Counted from the stretch's first letter, positions 49,222 to 59,217 are shown. The stretch: DNA of 64,000 nucleotides from an uncultured Nitrososphaerota archaeon (GCA_963718895.1 CAVRAG010000008.1:288001-352000); one strand, 5' to 3'. The notes: a model not told the origin generated them from the sequence alone. Program-made: numbers and translations.

Positions 49222-49956
49222 TTACTTCCACTTCGTGAGTATCTCTTCTCTCTCGAATGTGGTCCTGCTGACATAGAAGAGCGCGACATCCGCGAGGAGG
49301 AGGATCCCCGAGATGATCAGCAGGTGAGGGGGGTCGATTGCGAACGCGTTTGTCTGCGCGAGGATGAATATCGCCACGAGGGGCAAGATGATCATCGTGC
49401 CCAGCTGTTGCGCCGCCCGGATGTCATTCACCTTGGACGAGATTATGATGCTGAACTCGACGCTCATGACGCAGGCCAGGGGAGCCGCCGAGAGCAGGAT
49501 CACGGCGGCGTTCACGTTTGGAAAGAGGAGGTAGCCGAGCTGGCTTGAGGTCGAGGCGTCGACGATTGTCATGAAGACGACCGCACCAACGTAGGTTGCG
49601 GCGATTGAGGGAAGGAAGGCCGCCAGACTCTTCCCGAAGAGCAACTCACTGTCGGTCGTCGGCGTCGCGAGGAGGGGTTCCAGGCTCTTCTCCACCTTCT
49701 CCCCGATGAAGCTGTACGCACCGATGACCGAGGGGAGCAGGGCGGCGAGCATGATGAATATGGTGAACTCGCCGCCGAACAGCCTGCCCAGCGTCGCTGC
49801 CGGGATCTCCCCGGGAGTCGTCGAGAAGAGGATGCTCGCGGGGAGCAAGACCGAGATGGCGAGGGGACCCGCGACGAGGGAGTAGAGTATGTACCTCTTC
49901 CGGCGGAAGATCCCGAAGTCCTTCATGGTCACGATCCAAGCCTGCGAGAACCTCAT
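49222..49956 (-). CDS. ABC-2 type exporter permease
   Basis: SFIGEKVEKSLEPLLATP...LFGK; six TMs. Confidence 0.9.
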   Translation of the reverse strand: MRFSQAWIVTMKDFGIFRRKRYILYSLVAGPLAISVLLPASILFSTTPGEIPAATLGRLFGGEFTIFIMLAALLPSVIGAYSFIGEKVEKSLEPLLATPTTDSELLFGKSLAAFLPSIAATYVGAVVFMTIVDASTSSQLGYLLFPNVNAAVILLSAAPLACVMSVEFSIIISSKVNDIRAAQQLGTMIILPLVAIFILAQTNAFAIDPPHLLIISGILLLADVALFYVSRTTFEREEILTKWK

Positions 49957-50885
49957 CGTCCCTTCTCCCCGCCCTTCAGCAGGCGCAGATAGATGTCCTC
50001 GAGCGTGGGTCTGAGCTCCGTGACGAACCGAACGTCCCCACCCGCTCCGACCACGGCGCGGACCAACGAAGGGTTCTCCTTCTCCGGGTCGGTCACGTCC
50101 ACCACGACCTTCGTCCCGCCGACGGTCTCGACGTTCGCAACGCCCAGATTCCTGATGGCCGATAATATCGCCTCGTTGACGCTGCCGAGGTGGAGGACGG
50201 TCTTCCTGCCCCAGAGCGAGGCCCTCAGCTCCTCCGGCGACCCGACCGCCACGAGAGAGGTCTTCAGGATGCCTATGCGGTCGCAGACCCGCTGAGCCTC
50301 GTCCAGGTTGTGGGTGTTGAGGAATATCGTCCGCTTCTCCTTCTTGAGCTCGAAGATGAAATCCCGGACGGTCTTGGCGGACTCCGGGTCCAGGTTGGCG
50401 GTCGGCTCGTCAAGGAAGAGGACCTTCGGGTCATGGATGAGCGAGCGGGCTATGGCCACCTTCTGTTTCATCCCCTTGGAGTAGGTTCCCACGAGGTCGT
50501 TCCTCCTCTCCCAGAGGCCGAGCATCTTGAGCATACGCTCGGCGCGCTCGCTCACCTGCTGCTTAGTGCAACGATAGAGCTGGCCGTAGAAGTCGAGATT
50601 CCTGTAGGCCGTGAGGTCCTCGTAGAGGCCCACGTTCTCGGGGAGGACGCCGACCATCTGCCTGATTTTGAGCTGGTCTTCTCTCCGCCCGATTCGGAAG
50701 CCCCCAATCGTCGCGTCCCCGCTCGTCTTGGAGATCAGGCAGCAGAGCATCCTGACCGTCGTCGTCTTTCCGGCGCCGTTCGGCCCGAGGAACCCGAAGA
50801 CCTCGCCCTCTTTCACATCGAGGGTCAAGTCTCGGACAGCGGTGACGCCCCCGAACGTCTTGGTGAGGTCCTGCGCTTCTATCAT
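49953..50885 (-). CDS. ABC exporter ATP-binding subunit
   Basis: GPNGAGKT, YSKGMKQK, LFLDEPT. Confidence 0.95.
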   Translation of the reverse strand: MIEAQDLTKTFGGVTAVRDLTLDVKEGEVFGFLGPNGAGKTTTVRMLCCLISKTSGDATIGGFRIGRREDQLKIRQMVGVLPENVGLYEDLTAYRNLDFYGQLYRCTKQQVSERAERMLKMLGLWERRNDLVGTYSKGMKQKVAIARSLIHDPKVLFLDEPTANLDPESAKTVRDFIFELKKEKRTIFLNTHNLDEAQRVCDRIGILKTSLVAVGSPEELRASLWGRKTVLHLGSVNEAILSAIRNLGVANVETVGGTKVVVDVTDPEKENPSLVRAVVGAGGDVRFVTELRPTLEDIYLRLLKGGEKGR

Positions 50886-50906
50886 CGCACGCGTGCTTCG
50901 TGGAGA

Positions 50907-51167
50907 TTAGTCAGAGTCCTTGGTCTCTTCGTACTTGGACTCGTCCATACGCTTCTGCCTCAGTTCTTCGTCTGTCAGAGGCGTCTGGGTCTCGCCCCCC
51001 TCCTTCGCCTCCGGCGGCCAGGTTATCGGGTCGCTCACGAAGTTGTTCATCATGCTGTTCTTTCCGCATGCCGGACACTTGGTGTATCTCCAGGGACCTA
51101 TGTGGATGAGGCTCGGACTGAGCTTGATCTCGAAGACCGCTCCACACTTCGGGCACTTGCCTCTCAT
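50907..51167 (-). CDS. Small zinc-ribbon protein
   Basis: CPKCG...CPACG; first gene of the ABC operon. Confidence 0.7.
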   Translation of the reverse strand: MRGKCPKCGAVFEIKLSPSLIHIGPWRYTKCPACGKNSMMNNFVSDPITWPPEAKEGGETQTPLTDEELRQKRMDESKYEETKDSD

Positions 51168-51300
51168 GTTGGGACCGGCGGTCCGTCTCTTACTAATCCG
51201 TTTCTATAGGCAAGGTGACTCGAGCACTTTGCCCGGTAGGTGCGTCGTAGGTCGAGCCTGCAAGCCAAGGCTAAAATAAACGCAGGAGCACCGTGATGGG

Positions 51301-51720
51301 ATGGTTGCCAGACCCCGCGGCCGAAGGAGCAAGCCCGAAACGAGCCAGGAGATCCTCGCAGGCAAGATCGCAGAAGTCATCATAGACTGCGACACTTCGG
51401 TCCTCAGCCTCCTGGTCGTCAGTAGAGAGGGAAAGGTCTTGGCGATCGGGAGGTCGAAGAGGCTAGCCAGGGCGGACTATCTGGACGACAACCTGATGCC
51501 CAAGCTTGGGGTCCTGGCAAAGGTGATCATGGGAGCCGCAGACAACGAGGCTGACCTGATGGGCGACATGGAGTTCTTGATCGGCGCGTTCAAGAACCAG
51601 AAGATAGTGCTGATCGACCTGCCCGAGAAGGGGCTGGCACTGGCGCTGCGGGTATCGCGGTCCGCGATCGCAGAGTACGTCTGCAACAAGATCGCAAAAA
51701 TCGTGGCTGAAATGGACTAG
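51301..51720 (+). CDS. Roadblock/profilin-like hypothetical protein
   Basis: VVSREGKVLA...GDMEFLIGAFKNQKIVLI pattern. Confidence 0.6.
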   Translation: MVARPRGRRSKPETSQEILAGKIAEVIIDCDTSVLSLLVVSREGKVLAIGRSKRLARADYLDDNLMPKLGVLAKVIMGAADNEADLMGDMEFLIGAFKNQKIVLIDLPEKGLALALRVSRSAIAEYVCNKIAKIVAEMD

Positions 51721-51817
51721 CCCGCTTCAAATCGTCCCTGGACCGCTCGTCAAGGCGCGTCCGTCATCCGGAAGACGAGTTAGCAATATAACGCCCACCG
51801 GCAGACCGCGCATGGGA

Positions 51818-52015
51818 TCAGGTCCAGAATCTTCGCGGCTGCTTCGGTGCGAACTTCCCATTATCCATCTCGTCCTCGAAGATCAGCGCCTCGCACAGCT
51901 GGCATTCGTAGGCCTTCCTGCCGGAGGGTCTTCCCTCCAACGCTGACAGTCTGTCGGCCCAGGCTTGCTCCACGGAGGAGACTGGACGGTGGCAGAGCTC
52001 GCAGCGAATGTCCAC
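51818..52015 (-). CDS. Small zinc-finger protein
   Basis: CELC...CQLC. Confidence 0.55.
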   Translation of the reverse strand: MDIRCELCHRPVSSVEQAWADRLSALEGRPSGRKAYECQLCEALIFEDEMDNGKFAPKQPRRFWT

Positions 52016-52116
52016 TTCCTTATCGATGGTCCACTATCATGTAAGTGTTCCCAAGTGGGAGCATGGCTAGGACTCTCGGTTCCTCCGCTCGCCGAATTTG
52101 CTGGTGGAGCGCGACC

Positions 52117-53274
52117 CTAGACAGGCTTCCCGGTCGCGTTTTTCACCTCCAGGACGAGGCTCTCGGCGCGAGTCAGCACCTCAGCTTGGCTGAAACCCCA
52201 ATCTTTCTCCGACTCGCTCCAAAGATTGTAGGGTATCACGAACTGGGCCGCGTTCTTCTGGTCAACCACATAGTGTGACGCCCTTCGGCCAAATGGACGG
52301 AGTATCTCGCGGAGGAACTCGAAGGCTTCCATGGTCGTTTCGATCGGGAAGGCCAGCTGAGCGAGGTAGTCCTTCCCTCTCATCTCGCTCCACAAGTACG
52401 GCGTCCGGTTCACCTTTCCAGTAACCTCGAGGAACTCCCTCTCGGCTATGTCTCTCACGACCACATCGACGACCAGGTACTTGTAACGCCGGAGCTCGAC
52501 CCTCTCAGCCTCATTGTTGTAGCCGATCCCGAGCCACCCTATCGAATAACCGGCGATGAGCTTGTTCCCCACGACGTGGGAGCGATGGTGCCAATCGAGA
52601 GTCTTGTAGTTCAGCTCAATCTTGTTCTTCGCCTGGATCGCCCTGTTTATCTCTGTCATGGGCCTGCTGGCATCGAGCTGGAGTTCCTTCAGGATGAGAA
52701 GGTCAATCTTGTCCAGCCGGGCCCCTGCGACGGGCTTGGGTTGCATCTCATCGTTGTCGAGCGGCAACGGATTCCGCCAGTCATAGTCCCATCTTGAGGC
52801 ATCAAAATCATAGTGATCAGCACGCATCGGAACTCTCCTGAACCAATCGAACTCGTACAGTTCTGCAGACTCGAAGAGACCCATCTCCTTGAGCTTCATG
52901 ATCAAGGACGAATATTCTGAGACGAACCCTCTGGGCACCGTCGCGTGGAGGACGTAATAGTCATCTGGGATCGCCCGCTCGAACGCGGCCGCGAAGCTGA
53001 GGTCGTTCATTTTAGAGAAGGTCTTCTGGATGTGCGGGAGAAACATCTCGGCTACGCGGACCCTCGCGGCGACTCGTCTCATGCCCAGCGCCCCCTCGTT
53101 GGGAACCGCCTGGACAGACATCCCCTCTCTGAGGATCTTCTCTTTGTACCAGTATCTGATGGTCTCCTTGTGAACCCCGGACATCCTCGCGACACGGTCT
53201 ATGTCCGGCCCTATCTTCATGATGAGCTTCACAACCTGGGCGATCTTTTCGGGACGCTTGACGCCAGCGTTCAC
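52117..53274 (-). CDS. Tandem Lrp/AsnC-like HTH regulator
   Basis: N-terminal HTH (VARMSGVHKETIRYW) and internal LDKIDLLILKELQLDA. Confidence 0.7.
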   Translation of the reverse strand: MNAGVKRPEKIAQVVKLIMKIGPDIDRVARMSGVHKETIRYWYKEKILREGMSVQAVPNEGALGMRRVAARVRVAEMFLPHIQKTFSKMNDLSFAAAFERAIPDDYYVLHATVPRGFVSEYSSLIMKLKEMGLFESAELYEFDWFRRVPMRADHYDFDASRWDYDWRNPLPLDNDEMQPKPVAGARLDKIDLLILKELQLDASRPMTEINRAIQAKNKIELNYKTLDWHHRSHVVGNKLIAGYSIGWLGIGYNNEAERVELRRYKYLVVDVVVRDIAEREFLEVTGKVNRTPYLWSEMRGKDYLAQLAFPIETTMEAFEFLREILRPFGRRASHYVVDQKNAAQFVIPYNLWSESEKDWGFSQAEVLTRAESLVLEVKNATGKPV

Positions 53275-53512
53275 GGTGGGCTCTACGACCAGGTGACGTC
53301 ACCTTCGTCGGAACCCGTTTCGCCGAGAACCACACCCCTCGAATATGGAGTGGGGGAACCGCCCTCTCTTGACAAGATGAAAACAGAAGGAGTTTTCGTA
53401 TAAAAACGATATGCCGAGCCACGCGGCGCGAGAGCCCGGCGCCGCGCCCCTCGAAGTCGACCTCACCTTGCGACCCGCAGCCTTTAACAAGTCCTCGGCC
53501 CCCCGCAGATGC

Positions 53513-53902
53513 ATGACCGAAGTCATCACGGGGCTGCATGCGGTGACCCTCCACATCAGGGACATTCAGAAGGCCAGGGCGTTCTACCGGGACGTGTTGG
53601 GACTCAGCGAGCTCAGCTTCAACGAGAAGGCCAGCCGCGCCGTCTTCGCCCTCCCGGGCTCATCGACGATAATGTCGATGCACATCATGGCTCCAGGGGA
53701 AGAAGGCAGGGAGCCCGGGACAGTGACTGGCCTCGTGTTTTCGCACCCGGACCCGGCGGCAGCCTGCGAAGAGATCAAGCGCCGCGGAGGGACGGTGACC
53801 GTCGAGCCGAACACAGTCGAGTTACCGGGGGCCAAGTTCGTCCGCGCAGTCATCGCCGATCCCGACGGGAACGAGTTCCTGATATCGAACCGCAAGGACT
53901 AG
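53513..53902 (+). CDS. VOC/glyoxalase family protein
   Basis: VTLHIRDIQKARAFYRDVLG...IADPDGNEF. Confidence 0.9.
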   Translation: MTEVITGLHAVTLHIRDIQKARAFYRDVLGLSELSFNEKASRAVFALPGSSTIMSMHIMAPGEEGREPGTVTGLVFSHPDPAAACEEIKRRGGTVTVEPNTVELPGAKFVRAVIADPDGNEFLISNRKD

Positions 53903-53963
53903 CGGGGTCAGACCACTAACAGATCCTTGTCAGCGGGGACGGTGCGTGTGACAGCGAACCGAG

Positions 53964-54311
53964 TCAGGGCGCGCCTTCGTCGACTATCCGTCCCTCCACC
54001 TCCCCGCCGTCCTCCTTCCTGAAGACCTCTCGGGTCTCCATCCAGGTGTGTCCGCAGAACTTGCAGGTGTAGCTCTCCTCGATGACTTCTCTCTCCGCGG
54101 CCACCGGCTCTATCTTGGGTTGGAGGGGCAGTGCAGCACCAGGGAGAGGCCCGGCGGCGAAGGTGTTCGTGGCCACATCCGGGCTATCTGAGCCCTTTGG
54201 CTCCTCCACAAAGACCTTCTCCTTCTCGCGGCTGACCACGTGTTCGCCCCTCCAGCTCACTTCAGACATCTGGCCGCAAGAGGGACACTTCTTGAGAATG
54301 ACGGACACCAC
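53964..54311 (-). CDS. Zinc-ribbon hypothetical protein
   Basis: CPSCG...YTCKFCGHTW. Confidence 0.6.
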   Translation of the reverse strand: MVSVILKKCPSCGQMSEVSWRGEHVVSREKEKVFVEEPKGSDSPDVATNTFAAGPLPGAALPLQPKIEPVAAEREVIEESYTCKFCGHTWMETREVFRKEDGGEVEGRIVDEGAP

Positions 54312-54506
54312 CCCAGGAATCCGGGGCTCGTCACATAAACGGTCACAATCGCCTGCTCGTTGGCATCTCGATGGACGTACTCCGCCCGGGAAATCATGAG
54401 CGGATGAGCGACAGGGAGGCTCGATCGTGCTGATCCTCGTTGGGGGCTAAATAGGCAGCGGAGATACCATCCCATGAACCCCACCAGAAGCAAGTCAAGC
54501 TGCATT

Positions 54507-54806
54507 ATGGTATTTCTGTTCGGGAAGCCCGCCTGGGAACTGGACCTCGAAGGCGAGGAAGTCGACGAGAGGATGGTACTGGACCTGTCGAAGCTCGGAG
54601 ACGAGCTCAGGGAGAGACTCCACCGCACGTCTCGACTGACGAAGACCCTGCTCGAGAACGGCTGGAGCGGGTCGGGCGGGCTCTACGACATCTCGTTCTA
54701 CAAAGACCTTGCGCCCGAGGACGCACGAAAGGAGCTGACCGCACTGGGAATCAGCCCCGACGAGGTGGACATCGAGGAAGACGATTGGTCTGACGACGAG
54801 GAATGA
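54507..54806 (+). CDS. Acidic hypothetical protein
   Basis: Host-like codon usage; CTAAATA upstream. Confidence 0.6.
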   Translation: MVFLFGKPAWELDLEGEEVDERMVLDLSKLGDELRERLHRTSRLTKTLLENGWSGSGGLYDISFYKDLAPEDARKELTALGISPDEVDIEEDDWSDDEE

Positions 54807-54989
54807 GTCAGGGACTCGTACGGCGACAAGAAGAATACCATTTGAGAAGACGAATCCACTCGACATCGCGATTCAGGGGCCTCAGTATCCAAACTCAGCC
54901 TCAGGTTTGAGGACCGACGGAACCGGCAGGGAGCGAATGGAGCGAATTCGAGTGGCGGTTAAATATCCTAATCCTCTATTTGGAAGAGT

Positions 54990-55203
54990 GTCTCAAGCGC
55001 CGCGTGCACTCTCGATTGAAAGGTCGAGGGCAAGATAGGAAGACAAACCCTGACGAGGCCTAGGATTGGCGCGATGAAGCACACTTGGCCGCGGGACAGG
55101 TAAAGAGCGGGAAGGCGGTTATTCAAGTGCAGCTCAGGACCACCCGACCAAACGGCCGCTCAACGTGTCAGTTCGTCTCAGTCGAACGCATGCACAAGCG
55201 GCT
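54990..55203 (+). ncRNA. Putative ~205-nt structured RNA or leader upstream of LAGLIDADG gene
   Basis: TATA TTAAATAT at 54959-54966; closing stem 54999-55008 with 55191-55202; GAAA-tetraloop hairpin 55011-55028; nested stems 55095-55110 with 55156-55169; hairpin 55171-55187. Confidence 0.5.
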
Positions 55204-55230
55204 CACAGCGAATATAGGAAAGAACACAGT

Positions 55231-56592
55231 ATGTCCTCCGAAAGCAAGAAACAGAACGAAGGCTCTGAAGGTGATGGGGGTCACCGACAGGGCACACGCA
55301 AACGACACTTCCGAGGTCACTGGAACATGGAGAACACGAAGCCGTGGGTCGAGATGTTCGAGAAGCGGAGGATGTCAGCTCAGGCCATCGCAAAGGAAGT
55401 AGGCGCAGACCCAACCACCGTCAGCACTTGGCTGAAGAAGCAAGGCGCCAAGATCCACCAGGGGCTGCACCGCAAGGAGCGCCAGCCACCCAAGGTCTCG
55501 CCGGAACTCGCGAAGCTGCTCGCCAACGGCCCGGAGGAAGCGTTGAAGTTCCTGGACGAGCGCGTCTGGGGAATCGGCGCGTCACCGGGAGAGCTCGAGC
55601 AGCTGAGGAAGTTCTGCGAGTTCCTCAAGGTCCCTTTGAACGTGGGCAGGAACGAGACGGCGGACGAGGTTGACATCGACCGAGGCATGGTCAACGCTTG
55701 GACGGAAGGGACCAAACAGCCCTACCTGGTCAAAGCGGCGAACACAGCCCTGCAGACAGTCATCAGACCGGGACGGAAGCTGCTTCCACTGCACCTCGAC
55801 TCGGGAGGAAATGAACAGGGGCCGTGGATACAGGTTCCGACATCGATACAGGACTACAGTGACGTCGTCGATGTGACAGCGCAGCTTAGCCCCCTGGAGA
55901 GCACGTTTGAACGCGCCTCAGGGTTCAGGCTATCGAGACAACAGGTCGAAGACATGCGAAACGATCTCCTGGCATACCTCCTTGGCATACTGGCAGGAGA
56001 CGCAAGCAAGTCAGGGGGCAAACAGATTCGCTTCACCTCATCCAGCATAGACCTTCACCTCACCCTGAAACAACCAACGAACGAACGGCTCGGCGAGTTC
56101 GTCTGCATGTGCGCCAACAGCCTCAGCGTCGTCATGGACCGCAAACAGGACAAGCAACCGTCAGGCAGCACCCGGTTCGGCAGACATCCATCGGCGGCCT
56201 ACAGGTGGACTTCGGAACGTTCACCACTGATCGCCTGGATGTTCAACGTCGGGCTAGGGCTGCAATGGGACGAGTGCACCACACTCCACCCTCTCAGGAT
56301 GGACTGGATTCAAGGAACGCCACGTTCGTTCAGGATACGGTTCGTCCAAGGACTTGCCGACTCTGATGGAACCGTGAAGCCTTCAGAAGTCATAATCACG
56401 AGCGTTCCCAACGCAGACTTCCTCAGTAGGCTTCTGCAAGACCTCGGAATGACGACTGCTCACACAATCATGGAATACGGAAGGCCACTCCGCACAATGG
56501 TGAACCGCAAACAGTCAGCAACACTACCCATCTTCAAGGAGTTCGTCCGAAGCTACAGATACCTGAAGACCATGAACTACCTGAAGAACTAG
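55231..56592 (+). CDS. Free-standing double-motif LAGLIDADG endonuclease with N-terminal HTH domains
   Basis: LAYLLGILAGDAS and FVQGLADSDG motifs; AQAIAKEVGADPTTVSTWL HTH. Confidence 0.8.
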   Translation: MSSESKKQNEGSEGDGGHRQGTRKRHFRGHWNMENTKPWVEMFEKRRMSAQAIAKEVGADPTTVSTWLKKQGAKIHQGLHRKERQPPKVSPELAKLLANGPEEALKFLDERVWGIGASPGELEQLRKFCEFLKVPLNVGRNETADEVDIDRGMVNAWTEGTKQPYLVKAANTALQTVIRPGRKLLPLHLDSGGNEQGPWIQVPTSIQDYSDVVDVTAQLSPLESTFERASGFRLSRQQVEDMRNDLLAYLLGILAGDASKSGGKQIRFTSSSIDLHLTLKQPTNERLGEFVCMCANSLSVVMDRKQDKQPSGSTRFGRHPSAAYRWTSERSPLIAWMFNVGLGLQWDECTTLHPLRMDWIQGTPRSFRIRFVQGLADSDGTVKPSEVIITSVPNADFLSRLLQDLGMTTAHTIMEYGRPLRTMVNRKQSATLPIFKEFVRSYRYLKTMNYLKN

Positions 56593-56594
56593 AA

Positions 56595-56612
56595 CCCCCT
56601 CCCCTCTTTTTT
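56595..56612 (+). terminator. Archaeal oligo-pyrimidine/T6 terminator
   Basis: CCCCCTCCCCTCTTTTTT right after the stop. Confidence 0.55.
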
Positions 56613-57115
56613 ACTCTCATGTGGCTCTCGTGTATTTGTCGCGGCGTTTCGCGGCGTTAGTTGAAATCGGTGTTCGATGTCGGCGGTAACAGGCGAACCA
56701 GGCGTAACTGGATTAGGTCGCCGCTCGAGGGAGAAGCTGCCGGAGACGACTGGTTTGGCTCAGCAGAACACTTGCTGCATTTCCGCTACTCATCCACTGG
56801 ATCCATCCAGGGCCTTCTTCCTGTGGGACGTACATGACTCCGGAGTGCAAGAACTCATAGGACGGCGAAATGAAGGTGGGAATGTGAGGCGGCGAAGCGG
56901 AAATCTACCCACACTAGGGATACGTCGAGGGCAGACTCCAAGGACCGAGCGCTTTCTGCGGAATAATCGGAGCGAGAAGGAAAAGCGCAACGGCAAGGAC
57001 GATGAGGCTGCTGAGAGGCAACCCGTGTGTGCGATTCATGATTAGCCTTCGATCTTCGTTTGATATGCGTGTTTGTCCAAACGGCTCCTATGACCCAGGG
57101 CGAATCTTGACATAG

Positions 57116-57730
57116 ATGACGCAGCTGCGAATTGAGTGGCGTTTATTACGCGCCGGCGGCTATCACATTGAGTCTAAGATGTTCACACCGCTGGACCTCT
57201 GCATTCAGACGGCGAGCGCTACGAACCACATTCTGAAAGAGATGTTGAAAGGAAGAAGGACATGGAGCTCGGTGACAGATTCCAGGGAGGACGAATCGAG
57301 CCTGTCTCTTATGGTCTCGGACAACACCCAGACCGCGTTCTGCAGGGTGGAGATACTCTCCCACAGGGTCGAAGGGCGAGGCAAGAAGCTATTCCTTGAA
57401 GCCATCATTCGAATGGACGTTCGGGAGGAGCCTCGACTCAATCTGAAGGATTTCGCTGTCGAGAGGACCATGAAGGAGATCTGGAGCTACTTTCCGGTGA
57501 TAACCATGGGCACCGAGTACGGAATCAAATTCAGCAAGGAATCAGGGCCGGAGCTCTCGACGAAGTCAGTCATGAACGTAGCAATAGTCGCGGTCTCGGA
57601 GGAGCTTAGCGTGAGAAAGCTTGGAGGCTTCGATTACGACCAGCTGGGCAGGACAATTGCGAATGGGATTGCGGTGATGAACGCAATCCACGATGTCGCT
57701 AAGCAGATCCCATCTTCGGAATGGAATTAG
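57116..57730 (+). CDS. Hypothetical protein, lower-GC codon usage, converging on tuf
   Basis: 204-aa ORF ending 12 bp from the tuf stop; no recognisable motif. Confidence 0.6.
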   Translation: MTQLRIEWRLLRAGGYHIESKMFTPLDLCIQTASATNHILKEMLKGRRTWSSVTDSREDESSLSLMVSDNTQTAFCRVEILSHRVEGRGKKLFLEAIIRMDVREEPRLNLKDFAVERTMKEIWSYFPVITMGTEYGIKFSKESGPELSTKSVMNVAIVAVSEELSVRKLGGFDYDQLGRTIANGIAVMNAIHDVAKQIPSSEWN

Positions 57731-57742
57731 GGGAGAGGCAGC

Positions 57743-59068
57743 TTACGCCTTTGCGACTGCCTTCTCTACTTGGCCCTTGACGGTAACTTCGCGGACGATA
57801 CCCGCTGCCACTGTGGACCCCATGTCTCGGAGCGCAAATCTGCCCAATTCTGGGAATTCTTTGAAAGTTTCGAGTACTACTGGGCGCAAAGGTGTGATTT
57901 TTACAATAGCTGAGTCGCCGGTCTTGATGGTCTTGGGCTTCTCCTCGGTGGGCTGACCCGTCCTCGGGTCGATCTTGGCGATGATCTCGGTGATCGTCGC
58001 GGCGACCTGGGCTGTGTGGGCGTGCAGGACCGGCGTGTAGCCGGCCGCTATCGCCGTCGGGTGGAACACCACGATTATCTGCGCGAGGAACTCCTTGGCT
58101 ATGGTGGGCGGGTTGGCCGTCTCGCCGAGGACCGAACCCCTGTGGAAGTCGGTCTTGGCTACGCCCCTCAGGTTGAACCCGATGTTGTCCCCGGCCATCG
58201 CCTCCTGCATGGGGGTGTGGTGGGTCTCGATGGACTTGACCTCGGCCGGGAGGCCCTCCGGCATGATGACCACCGACTGGCCGACCTTGATCTTGCCGGT
58301 CTCCACCCGTCCCACCGGGACCGTGCCGACGCCCGTGATGGTGTAGACGTCCTGTATCGGGAGGCGGAGTGGCTTCTGGATTGGCTTCGGAGGCTCGGTG
58401 AACTCGTCGAGCGCCTGGAGGAGGGTCGGGCCCTTGTACCAGGGCATGTTCGTCGAGGCCTTGACCTCGTTCTCGCCGGTCCAGCCGGAGATGGGTATGA
58501 AGCGTATCTTCGAGACGTTGTAGCCAGAGGCCTTGAGGAGGTTCTCGACGTCCATCTTGGCGTCGTTGTACATCTTCTCGCTGTACTTCACCGTCTGGTC
58601 GTCCATCTTGTTTATCACGACGACGAGCTGGTTGACCCCGAGGGTCTTCAGGAGGAACGCGTGCTCCCTCGCCTGGCCGCCCGGCCCGAGAGCCGTGTCC
58701 TTCTCTCCGGTCTTGGCGGAGACGACGAGGACGGCCGCGTCTGCCTCGGAGGCGCCGGTGATCATGTTCTTGATGAAGTCTCGGTGCCCGGGAGCGTCGA
58801 TGAGCGTGTAGAAGTACTTCTGCGTCTCGAACTTCTGGAACGCGAGGTCGATGGTGACACCCCTCTCCCTCTCGTCCTTCAGCTGGTCGAGGACCCAGGC
58901 GTACTTGAAACTGTCACCGGCGCCGGTCTTCTCGGACTCGCGGGCGAACTCGTCTATCGTCCTCTGGTCGACCGCTCCGAGGTCAAATAGGAAGTGCCCC
59001 ATGCTGGTCGACTTCCCGTGGTCTACGTGACCGGTTACGATGAGGTTCAGGTGAGGTTTGTCTGCCAT
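57743..59068 (-). CDS. tuf: Translation elongation factor EF-1alpha (archaeal)
   Basis: GHVDHGKST, ERERGVTID, DAPGHRDFIKNMITGASEAD, NKMD, LGRFALRDMG. Confidence 0.99.
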   Translation of the reverse strand: MADKPHLNLIVTGHVDHGKSTSMGHFLFDLGAVDQRTIDEFARESEKTGAGDSFKYAWVLDQLKDERERGVTIDLAFQKFETQKYFYTLIDAPGHRDFIKNMITGASEADAAVLVVSAKTGEKDTALGPGGQAREHAFLLKTLGVNQLVVVINKMDDQTVKYSEKMYNDAKMDVENLLKASGYNVSKIRFIPISGWTGENEVKASTNMPWYKGPTLLQALDEFTEPPKPIQKPLRLPIQDVYTITGVGTVPVGRVETGKIKVGQSVVIMPEGLPAEVKSIETHHTPMQEAMAGDNIGFNLRGVAKTDFHRGSVLGETANPPTIAKEFLAQIIVVFHPTAIAAGYTPVLHAHTAQVAATITEIIAKIDPRTGQPTEEKPKTIKTGDSAIVKITPLRPVVLETFKEFPELGRFALRDMGSTVAAGIVREVTVKGQVEKAVAKA

Positions 59069-59217
59069 TGCGAATAACTACCTTTACGTTCAAAACGCTC
59101 TCGGGCTTCATTATTTAAGGTTTGAGGGTGGATTTTGGGAGAGCCTAGCCGCTTCACCTGCGCGAGGTCCGGCGAACCGCTGCAAAGGATAAGCGACCCC
59201 ATCGCTCAGGGTGGACG

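Noticed and set aside
54990-55203. RNase P RNA, SRP RNA, hammerhead ribozyme or cobalamin riboswitch
   Set aside because: Only loose fragments match; no GAGGAAAGUCC/ACAGAA P4 pair, no SRP helix 8, CUGACGA is not followed by stem-GAAA, and no B12 box
55231-56592. Intein or intron-encoded endonuclease
   Set aside because: No Hint splicing motifs and no interrupted host gene on either side; it has its own promoter and terminator
43192-58990. Long antisense ORFs such as 43192..44097, 46222..47058, 50190..51209 and 58016..58990
   Set aside because: Shadow ORFs opposite well-supported genes, as expected in high-GC DNA
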